A stretch of 54,377 nt of DNA from an uncultured Gammaproteobacteria bacterium (GTDB lineage: Bacteria; Patescibacteriota; Microgenomatia; Levybacterales; UBA12049): assembly GCA_964408485.1 (NCBI GenBank), contig CAYOZJ010000004.1, positions 74,685 through 129,061 on the forward strand, given 5' to 3'. Positions within the stretch are counted from its first letter, which is position 1. Each line of letters begins with the position of its first letter. A program made the translations under genes and the position numbers. Shown here piece after piece: positions 25,365 to 33,055 of this stretch. Below the pieces are notes generated by a model that saw nothing but the letters and a program-made list of their open reading frames with translations, did no database searches and was not told where the DNA came from.

Positions 25365-25462
25365 GGGTAGGGGATTCGACTCACAGGTTCCCCGCCACGG
25401 CGCAGCCCCGCGAGCCCGCCTCCTTCGTCATTTCATTCCTCAGTCCGGCAGTTCGAATCACT
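25365..25462. other. GC-rich island of about 100 nt of unknown nature between tRNA-Glu and the 113-aa ORF promoter
   Basis: GGGTAGGGGATTCGACTCACAGGTTCCCCGCCACGGCGCAGCCCCGCGAGCCCGCCTCC... stands out against the AT-rich surroundings. Its left end repeats 13 nt of the tRNA-Glu T-arm/acceptor. Confidence 0.4.
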
Positions 25463-25516
25463 ATTCTCAATACTAAAAAAAATTCCCCTTAACTAACGTT
25501 AAGAAGAATTTCTTAG

Positions 25517-25590
25517 TAGCGCGTAGGGGATTCGAACCCCTGATATTCACGTTGAGAACGTGATGTCCTAGGCCACTAGACGAACGCGCC
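25517..25590 (-). tRNA. tRNA-Glu, anticodon CUC, 74 nt, no encoded CCA
   Basis: Folded by hand. Acceptor GGCGCGT/ACGCGCT (with G1-U72), D-arm GTCT-AGTGGCCTA-GGAC, anticodon arm TCACG-TTCTCAA-CGTGA, T-arm AGGGG-TTCGAAT-CCCCT. The D-arm and T-arm closely resemble E. coli tRNA-Glu. Confidence 0.9.
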
Positions 25591-25662
25591 AGATATCATT
25601 CGGCATCTGGCTATACCATTATTTCTATACTTTGAAATGCCAGATTTAAATAGAATTGAGCA

Positions 25663-25696
25663 GCCAGGTATAGTATTGTACCTGGCGCCGTAAGGC
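25663..25696. other. Perfect 8-bp hairpin GCCAGGTA-N8-TACCTGGC followed by the mini-hairpin GCC-GTAA-GGC
   Basis: Read directly. Located in the divergent tRNA-Glu / GT2 intergenic region. Confidence 0.5.
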
Positions 25697-25737
25697 TATT
25701 TTATCAGAAAAAGCGTGCTTGGCACAAGCTAAGGCAT

Positions 25738-25766
25738 TTGTCCCAAGGCCTCATTTTTAGTATACT
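25738..25766 (+). promoter_or_regulatory. Promoter-like TTGTCC, 17 nt, TATACT, placed 6 nt before GTG 25773 (leaderless layout)
   Basis: -35 at 25738-25743 and -10 at 25761-25766. Confidence 0.45.
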
Positions 25767-25772
25767 TTTTAT

Positions 25773-26528
25773 GTGAGCGAAGTCTTCCTTTCTGTAATCA
25801 TCCCATCCTACGATGAAATGGCCAATTTGCAAAAGGGTGTTTTGGACAAAGTAAAATCCTTTCTGGATAAAAAAAGGTATACATATGAAGTTATCGTTGT
25901 GGATGATGGGTCTAAAGACGGGAGTGAAGAATTTGTGTCTAAATTTGTCTATGACAATAAAACATTCTCTCTTATTAAAGGCTCACATGCAGGTAAAGCA
26001 GGAGCAGTAACAACAGGAATGCTCAAAGCAAAAGGTAAATATGTGCTTTTTACTGATATGGATCAGGCAACACCAATTGAGGAAGTAGATAAACTGTTGC
26101 CTTTCTTTGAGAAAGGATATGACATTGTCATAGGATCCAGACATGGGAGAAAAGGTGCACCATGGACACGAAAACTTATGGCAAAAGGTATGGCAACATT
26201 TCGGACAGTCATAGTTGGGTTAAAAGGAATAATAGATACACAGTGCGGATTTAAAATGTTTACCAATGAAGCAGGGAAAAAACTCTTTCAAAAAATGTAT
26301 GATTTGCATCATGGGTATGCGCACGTTTCAGGATCTGCAGTAAGTGCAGGATTTGATGTGGAAGTGCTTTTCTTAGCACAAACAGCAGGCTACAAAATTA
26401 AAGAAGTTCCCGTTGAGTGGTTATATGTTGAGACAAGACGTGTTAGTCCATTAAAAGATTCAATTGATGCGGTAACGTACTTACTTAAAATACGACTCAA
26501 TCAATTGGAAGGAATTTATTCGAAATGA
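25773..26528 (+). CDS. GT2 glycosyltransferase, short DPM1/ALG5/GtrB-like (candidate polyprenyl-phosphate sugar synthase)
   Basis: 251 aa with a GTG start. Blocks LSVIIPSYDE, VVDDGSKDGS, HAGKAGAVTTG, FTDMDQATP and IVIGSR. Confidence 0.75.
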   Translation: MSEVFLSVIIPSYDEMANLQKGVLDKVKSFLDKKRYTYEVIVVDDGSKDGSEEFVSKFVYDNKTFSLIKGSHAGKAGAVTTGMLKAKGKYVLFTDMDQATPIEEVDKLLPFFEKGYDIVIGSRHGRKGAPWTRKLMAKGMATFRTVIVGLKGIIDTQCGFKMFTNEAGKKLFQKMYDLHHGYAHVSGSAVSAGFDVEVLFLAQTAGYKIKEVPVEWLYVETRRVSPLKDSIDAVTYLLKIRLNQLEGIYSK

Positions 26529-27676
26529 AATTATTTTCCCGATTCTTAATTCCAGTGTATATACTCACTATTGTTGCACTTTTTTTATACTCCTATACGC
26601 AAGTTGATTTAAGTTTAACTCTTTCTCGAGTTTCTCTTTGGCAAACAGTTGAAAAATGGTTTCAGTATATTGGATATTTTAATCGTCCATTATCAACGGC
26701 GCTTTTCTTAGGAATTCTTACTCTTCTTGGTTTTTGCTATTGGGGTTTTGCTGTAGGGAAAATGAAGAGGAAAACATTGTGGATACTTATATTTTTTACT
26801 GCTGTAGTATTAGTCTTTTCCTATAATGCTTTTTCATATGACTTATTTAACTACATTTTTGATGCAAAAATTGTCACGCATTACATGCAAAATCCCTATA
26901 CCCACAGGGCATTAGATTTTTCTGGTGATCCTATGCTGAGCTTTATGCACTGGGTAGAACGTACCTATCCGTATGGACCGGTTTGGTTATTTGTTACTGT
27001 TCCGGTATCTTTTATTGGTTTGCAGATTTTTCTTCCAACATTTTTCCTATTTAAGGGGATTGCTGCTCTCAGCTATGTTGGTATTTGTTGGAGTGTAGAG
27101 AAAATCCTTCAAAAAACAGATAAAGACAATGCTCTTCTTGGTCTAAGTCTTTTTGCCTTTAGTCCGCTCGTTATTATAGAAGGTTTGGTTTCTGCACATA
27201 ACGATATGCTTATGATTGTCTTTGCATCGTTTGCTCTGTTAACATTTGTGAGTAGAAAAAGTGTTTGGTCATTTTTATTACTCTTTCTGTCAATAGGCGT
27301 AAAGTTTGCAACAGCAGTACTTCTGCCATTGTGGATTATTGGATTTTTTTTCAAGAAAAAAGGAAGCGTGCATCAACTGTCAGTAATCAGTTTTATCTTT
27401 CTTGCTGTTGCTGCTATTGCTGCAAGTCTTCGCACTAATTTCCAGCCTTGGTATCTTTTGTTCTTGTTTCCATTTGCAGCACTCATCTACAAGCAAAAGG
27501 GAATTCTTGTTGGTTTTAGTATTTTTTCTACTTTGTCACTTTTACAATACGTTCCATTTCTCTATACAGGCAATTGGGATAAGCCAATTCCATCTATCCT
27601 ATCGGTTATGCTTTGGTCAAGTTTGGGGCTAAGTATTATTGCTGCAGGTATTATTAGCATTGCCAAACGCAGATAA
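26525..27676 (+). CDS. Polytopic membrane protein, DUF2029/GT87-like GT-C candidate
   Basis: 383 aa with about 10 TM segments. Outer-loop block FDAKIVTHYMQNPYTHRALDF...TYPYGPVWL. ATGA overlap with the upstream GT2. Confidence 0.4.
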   Translation: MKLFSRFLIPVYILTIVALFLYSYTQVDLSLTLSRVSLWQTVEKWFQYIGYFNRPLSTALFLGILTLLGFCYWGFAVGKMKRKTLWILIFFTAVVLVFSYNAFSYDLFNYIFDAKIVTHYMQNPYTHRALDFSGDPMLSFMHWVERTYPYGPVWLFVTVPVSFIGLQIFLPTFFLFKGIAALSYVGICWSVEKILQKTDKDNALLGLSLFAFSPLVIIEGLVSAHNDMLMIVFASFALLTFVSRKSVWSFLLLFLSIGVKFATAVLLPLWIIGFFFKKKGSVHQLSVISFIFLAVAAIAASLRTNFQPWYLLFLFPFAALIYKQKGILVGFSIFSTLSLLQYVPFLYTGNWDKPIPSILSVMLWSSLGLSIIAAGIISIAKRR

Positions 27677-27696
27677 TACAATTACAATTAGACAAT

Positions 27697-29187
27697 ATGA
27701 AGTTTTGGAAAACATCACTCACAACTCTTGGATTATTGGCTTCTTATCTTGCTCTTCGTCTCACAAACCTCATGAGTCTTCCACTTTTTACCGATGAGGC
27801 AATCTACACGAGATGGTCACAAATTGCACGATTTGATCCAAATTGGCGATTTATTTCACTCACCGATGGCAAACAGCCTATGTTTGTTTGGTGGGATATG
27901 ATTTTTATGCGGTTTACCCAAGACCCGCTTCTTGCCGGAAGACTGGTGAGCGTTGTCTGTGGTGTGCTTACAATAGTAGGATTATATTTTTTGGGCAGAG
28001 AAATATTTAAAAATAAATGGGTAGGACTTTTGAGTGCATCGCTCTATATATTATTTCCATTTGCTCTCGTATATGACAGAATGGCTCTCTATGACACTAT
28101 GGTTGGGACCTTTACTGTGTGGAGTCTATATCTTCTTATCCTGCAGGCAAGAAATCCTCGCGCATGGGTTGCATTTCTTTTAGGACTTGTTTTGGGTGGA
28201 GGGATGCTTACAAAAACATCGGCAAACTTTAGCTGGTATCTTCTTCCTGCAACCGTTGTGTTATTTGATTTTAAGGCAAAAGACAAATGGAAAAAATTTG
28301 GAAGATGGGTTGCTTTTTCCCTTCTTGCCATTGTGCTTGCAAATATGTACTACATGGTACTTCGGCTTTCACCGTTCTTCCACACAATTGCAGATAAAAA
28401 CAGTGTCTTTGTGTATCCACTTAATGAATGGTTATTGCATCCATGGGAATTTTTCTCAGGGAATTTAAGCGGACTGTGGGATTGGTTTAGTACATACTTC
28501 ACGTATCCTGTACTCGCGCTTTTAATCGGTGGATTATTTGTTTATAAAAAATTCTTAAAAGAAAAATTTGTCTTGATTGTCTATTTTGTTATTCCATTTC
28601 TTCTTTTAGCTCTTTTCGGGCGTACTATTTATCCTAGATTTATTTTCTTTATGACATTGCCTCTTCTTCCAATCGTTGCACTTTTTCTTCTGTGGTTGTA
28701 CGAATATGTTAAAAAATTCCCAGTGTGGATTTTTTGCGTTATTATCTTTTTTGCGCTATGGATACGAGCGGATTATCTTATCTTAACTGATTTTTCCCAT
28801 GCACCAATAGCAAAATCTGACCTTTCTCAATACATCAATGATTGGCCGGCAGGAGGAGGTATTACAGAAACCATTGCCTATTTAGGTAACCAAGCGAAAA
28901 ATAAAAAAATTTATGTTGCTTCAGAAGGGACATTCGGTTCATTGCCAACCTATGCTGTAGAGATTTACTTAGGAGACAATAAAAATATAGAAAAAAGAGG
29001 CATTTGGCCCGTTGATGATCAAATACCACAAGATTTATTAGAGAAGGCAAAAGTGATGAATACCTATATGATTTTCTATCAAATTCCAACCAAGCCATTG
29101 TGGCCTTTGCAGCTTATTGCTGAGTATAAAAAAGGTGCAGGGAGCGTAACCTTACGACTCTATAAAGTAAAAGCTCCAGAAAAATGA
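27697..29187 (+). CDS. ArnT/PMT (GT39/83)-like GT-C glycosyltransferase
   Basis: 496 aa. First-loop motif LPLFTDEAIYTRWSQI, multiple TM segments and a soluble C-terminal domain. Confidence 0.6.
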   Translation: MKFWKTSLTTLGLLASYLALRLTNLMSLPLFTDEAIYTRWSQIARFDPNWRFISLTDGKQPMFVWWDMIFMRFTQDPLLAGRLVSVVCGVLTIVGLYFLGREIFKNKWVGLLSASLYILFPFALVYDRMALYDTMVGTFTVWSLYLLILQARNPRAWVAFLLGLVLGGGMLTKTSANFSWYLLPATVVLFDFKAKDKWKKFGRWVAFSLLAIVLANMYYMVLRLSPFFHTIADKNSVFVYPLNEWLLHPWEFFSGNLSGLWDWFSTYFTYPVLALLIGGLFVYKKFLKEKFVLIVYFVIPFLLLALFGRTIYPRFIFFMTLPLLPIVALFLLWLYEYVKKFPVWIFCVIIFFALWIRADYLILTDFSHAPIAKSDLSQYINDWPAGGGITETIAYLGNQAKNKKIYVASEGTFGSLPTYAVEIYLGDNKNIEKRGIWPVDDQIPQDLLEKAKVMNTYMIFYQIPTKPLWPLQLIAEYKKGAGSVTLRLYKVKAPEK

Positions 29188-31517
29188 GAAAAACATTGGC
29201 GAGTCTGGGAATATTTTTCTTCGTGGTGCTATTGTTTTTCTGGCCTATTTTTAAAGGATACATTCCATTTCCAGGAGATTTGCTTATCGATAGTAATCCC
29301 TACCGATCATTGTCTGTTTTGGGATTTAATCCAGGAAGTTACCCCAATAAAGCCCAGGGGATGGATGTTGTTACCGAGATGTATCCCTGGAGATATTTTA
29401 CTATTCAAGAATTAAAGCAGGGAAGAATACCATTTTGGAATCCTCATAATTTCTCAGGAAATATTCATATGCAAAATTTTCAATCAAGTATATTCAATCC
29501 GTTTAATGCATTTTTCTTTCTTTTCTCCTTTAATTTTGCATGGACACTTTTTATTATGGTACAACCGCTTCTTGCGTCGATTTTCTTTTATCTGTTTGCA
29601 AGAGAATTAAAGGCTTCGCGGTTTGCAGCAGTTATTGGAGGCATTGCGTTTGCCTTTTCAGCGTATATGACTGTGTGGATTGAGTATGGCAATATTGCAG
29701 CAACGCTTGCGTATTTACCTCTTTTATTATTCTTCCTTATTCGGTACGTAAAAACCTTAGAAAAAAAATATTATGCAGGATTTGTTATATCCGGTGTTTT
29801 ACTTCTCTTGTCCGGGTATATTCAAGGTGCATTTTATAGCTATGGTGTTGCCGGTGCATTCGTTATTGTGCTCCTTTTTAAAAATAAAAAGATTCTTTCA
29901 GTAAAAAGAGTCTTTATCTTTGTAAGCATGTTTCTTCTTCCTGTCTTCTTAACATTTTTTCAGCTGTTTCCAACTGTGCAAGTTTTCTCTCAATCAAGCC
30001 GTTGGCCGTATAGCTTAAAACAATTTCAGGATATGCTTCAACCAATATGGTATTGGATTACACTTTTTTCGTCGGATTTTTTTGGCAATCCCGCAGCGCG
30101 AAATTATTACCTTTCAACAACGTATATAGAGCGTGTTGCATATATCGGTATTCCGATTCTTCTTTTTTCATTTTTAGGAATAACAAAAAAAAGGCCCTTT
30201 CTCTATTTTTTTCTTTCAATTGCAATTATTGTTTTGTTGTTAACAACAAATATTCCTGGTATTTCGTATTTTTATCTTCTTCCTATTCCTGTAATTAATA
30301 CAACTGTTCCAACGCGACTTTTAAGTATTTTTATGTTTGCCGGTATTGTTTTGGCTGTGTTTGGCATAGATTCTTTCTTCATACAAAGGAAGTTTCCCAA
30401 AAAACTCGTCATTGGTTTTGGTGCATGTTATGCATTGCTGTGGGGAGGATTACTTGCTGGAAAGCATTTCTTTCCACAATTCACATTACAAATTTCTGTA
30501 TCGCTCCACAACCTTTTTTTTCCGACTTTCCTTTTAGGATCCACGGTAGTGGTACTTTTTCTAGCTACAAAATATCAGCGCATTGCGAAAGTGCTTCTGT
30601 TGGGAATTATTATTGCTGATCTGTTTTACGGCTTTCAAAAGATAACACCTTTTGCGCCAAGTACATTCACGTATCCAACACATCCTGTTACAAATTTTCT
30701 GCAAAAAAATGCAGGGATACATAGATATTGGGGATATGGATCAGGATATATTTTTCCCAACATTCAAACAGTTGATGGAACGTACTCTCCAGAAGGTAAT
30801 GACCCTTTGCATATGAAAAATTATGGAGAATTGGTTACCAGCTCGTATGATGGAAAACTTCCCACGCTTCCTCCTCGTCCTGACGCAAATTTGGCTCAAG
30901 GATATGGCCAGGACGGTATGAAGAATCCGTATAGACAAAAACTCTTGAATCTTCTTGGTGTTAAATATATCGTGCAACATGACGAAATATTGCAAGATGG
31001 AAATGCTGATACTGCAACATTTCCAAAAGAGACGTATGAGTTGAGCTGGAGTCAGAGTCCCTGGCAAGTATATGAAAATAAAGCTGTTTTCCCTCGCTAC
31101 TTCTTGGTAGATACCTATGTTGTTGCAGTAGGTCAAAAAGCATTAAATGCACTTTACGCAAACGATCTGAGGCATACGGTTATTCTTAATATGCCTCTTA
31201 AAGAAAAAATATCTAGTGGTGCAACAGGATCGGTAAAACTTCTTGAGTATTCTCCACAAAAAATAACCTTCCAAGCAAAAACTACTGGTACTATGATTCT
31301 TTTTCTCTCAGATACCTATTATCCATCATGGAATGCAATTGTTGATGGGAAACCCACGTCAATTTTCCTTGCAGATTATGCATTTCGAGGTCTTGTTGTT
31401 CCAGCGGGACAACATACAATTAACATGTACTACCAGCCCCAGTACTTTTATGTAGGACTAGGTATTGCTGGGATTGCATTGATTGCTTTTCTGTTACTGT
31501 TGATATTTGTTGTATGA
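29184..31517 (+). CDS. YfhO-like polytopic membrane glycosyltransferase candidate (paralog 1)
   Basis: 777 aa. N-terminal block MYPWRYF..GRIPFWNPHNFSG..QSSIFNP and C-terminal block FLSDTYYPSWNAIVDGKP..VVPAGQHTINMYYQP, followed by a terminal TM helix. Confidence 0.7.
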   Translation: MRKTLASLGIFFFVVLLFFWPIFKGYIPFPGDLLIDSNPYRSLSVLGFNPGSYPNKAQGMDVVTEMYPWRYFTIQELKQGRIPFWNPHNFSGNIHMQNFQSSIFNPFNAFFFLFSFNFAWTLFIMVQPLLASIFFYLFARELKASRFAAVIGGIAFAFSAYMTVWIEYGNIAATLAYLPLLLFFLIRYVKTLEKKYYAGFVISGVLLLLSGYIQGAFYSYGVAGAFVIVLLFKNKKILSVKRVFIFVSMFLLPVFLTFFQLFPTVQVFSQSSRWPYSLKQFQDMLQPIWYWITLFSSDFFGNPAARNYYLSTTYIERVAYIGIPILLFSFLGITKKRPFLYFFLSIAIIVLLLTTNIPGISYFYLLPIPVINTTVPTRLLSIFMFAGIVLAVFGIDSFFIQRKFPKKLVIGFGACYALLWGGLLAGKHFFPQFTLQISVSLHNLFFPTFLLGSTVVVLFLATKYQRIAKVLLLGIIIADLFYGFQKITPFAPSTFTYPTHPVTNFLQKNAGIHRYWGYGSGYIFPNIQTVDGTYSPEGNDPLHMKNYGELVTSSYDGKLPTLPPRPDANLAQGYGQDGMKNPYRQKLLNLLGVKYIVQHDEILQDGNADTATFPKETYELSWSQSPWQVYENKAVFPRYFLVDTYVVAVGQKALNALYANDLRHTVILNMPLKEKISSGATGSVKLLEYSPQKITFQAKTTGTMILFLSDTYYPSWNAIVDGKPTSIFLADYAFRGLVVPAGQHTINMYYQPQYFYVGLGIAGIALIAFLLLLIFVV

Positions 31518-33055
31518 AAATAAAACACATAGCATTTATCGTAATTGGGTTTTTCATTTGTTTGCTGCCTCTTGCATGGGGAATTTTTCATGCAGGACTT
31601 TTTGTGAGTGATGATGGACACTGGATGGTAATACGACTATCTGCATTTTACGAAGCATTGTCTTCAGGACAATTTCCAGTACGAATATTACCGAGACTCA
31701 ATAATGGGTATGGGTATCCAGTTGCAGATTTTTTGTATCCACTGTTTTTATACATTGGATCTTTTCTTCACATTCTTAAAGTTCCATTTCTTCTTGATAT
31801 AAAAATAATTCTTTTTGGTAGTTTTCTTATTTCTGGAATTGGCATGTTTGTGTATTTGCGAAAATTCTTTGGGGATTTGGCATCCTTTTTAGGTGGATTG
31901 ATGTATGTTTATTTGCCCTATCATTTATATGACTTGTATACACGTGGTTCTGTTGGGGAAATTCTTAGTCTTTCTCTTGTGCCATTTGCATTGTGGGCTG
32001 TAGAAAAAAGATCATGGGCCCTTGTCTCTCTTTTTCTTGGACTTCTTATCCTTGCGCACAATACGCTCGCATTATTTTTTCTGCCGGTTATTATTCTTTA
32101 TGCAGTACTAAGAAAATTGCCACTCCTGTATATTGTAGGATTTTCTCTTGTTGGACTAGGATTGTCTGCATTCTTTTGGTTACCAGCCTTGCTTGATAGG
32201 CAATACACAGTTTTCGAGAGTATTGCGGTAAGTAATCCATTCACGTACTTTGTTAATAGTGTTTCTTACTACCTTGTTGGATGGATTGCGCTCGTTACTT
32301 TTGTGGCAGTGTTTTTTGTAAAATCATCTATTAAAAATAGAGAAGTACGCTTCTTTTATGTACTGGGAATTGTTTCATTATTCTTTTCCTTTTCAGTAAG
32401 TACTATTTTTTGGCATAGTCGCTACTTAGCACAATTTGTGCAATTTCCATTCCGATTCCTATCTGTCACACTTTTGGCAGAAAGTTTTTTGGGAGCCTTC
32501 CTCATAGAGAAGTGTAAGCAAAATAAAATTCTTGTTGGTATTTTCATTCTTTTAGTCGTATTCTCTGCTTTGCCCTATCTTTTTTCCAAACAATACGACA
32601 TGAATCCGGAATCCTTTTACGACACGAACACTGCAACAACAACAGTACAAAATGAATATATGCCAAAATGGATACACGGGTTACCAGAGGGATATGCATT
32701 TAATCGAGTTGGATTTTCAGATAAGAAGGCTTTCCTGAGTAATCTTGAGCTAAAAGGTACAAGGGTGTCCTTTACTGTCCTTGCGCCACACGCGACAACA
32801 GTTAGTATCTCTTTTGTATATTTTCCTGGTTGGCAAGCAACTGTTGATAGGAAAAGTGTATCAATAAGCCCAAGTAAAAATGGTCTTGTGGAATTTGCTG
32901 TCCCAGCAGGGAGACATAATATTATTTTTTGGTATAGTGAGACAATGCTTCATCTTTTTGCAGATGGTATTTCTGTTGTTTCATTACTATTTATAGTTGG
33001 ATTTTTCTTAAAAATAAAACCCGTTCGACAAGCTCAGGGTAAATATGAAAAATAG
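31514..33055 (+). CDS. Polytopic membrane protein of the PTPS-related / COG5617-like type (GT-C candidate), tandem paralog A
   Basis: 513 aa. N-terminal block FHAGLFVSDDGHWMVIRL..SSGQFPVRILP..GYGYPVADFLYPLFLY and C-terminal block VYFPGWQATVD..VPAGRHNIIFWY, followed by a TM helix. Confidence 0.45.
   Translation: MKIKHIAFIVIGFFICLLPLAWGIFHAGLFVSDDGHWMVIRLSAFYEALSSGQFPVRILPRLNNGYGYPVADFLYPLFLYIGSFLHILKVPFLLDIKIILFGSFLISGIGMFVYLRKFFGDLASFLGGLMYVYLPYHLYDLYTRGSVGEILSLSLVPFALWAVEKRSWALVSLFLGLLILAHNTLALFFLPVIILYAVLRKLPLLYIVGFSLVGLGLSAFFWLPALLDRQYTVFESIAVSNPFTYFVNSVSYYLVGWIALVTFVAVFFVKSSIKNREVRFFYVLGIVSLFFSFSVSTIFWHSRYLAQFVQFPFRFLSVTLLAESFLGAFLIEKCKQNKILVGIFILLVVFSALPYLFSKQYDMNPESFYDTNTATTTVQNEYMPKWIHGLPEGYAFNRVGFSDKKAFLSNLELKGTRVSFTVLAPHATTVSISFVYFPGWQATVDRKSVSISPSKNGLVEFAVPAGRHNIIFWYSETMLHLFADGISVVSLLFIVGFFLKIKPVRQAQGKYEK

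Noticed and set aside
25368-25385. A tmRNA 5'-end-like motif, GGGGATTCGAC (compare GGAUUCGAC in ssrA).
   Set aside because: No GGGG acceptor start sits at the right distance, and there is no tag reading frame. No 3' T-arm/acceptor partner is present. A tmRNA of normal length would run through tRNA-Glu, 150 nt away.
27344-27362. Homopolymer tracts (T8 followed by A7 here; A8 at about 29761 and 30185) as possible phase-variation switches in the glycosylation genes.
   Set aside because: Runs of this length are common throughout this AT-rich window, in housekeeping genes too, and are not concentrated at gene 5' ends. There is no evidence of frameshifted copies.
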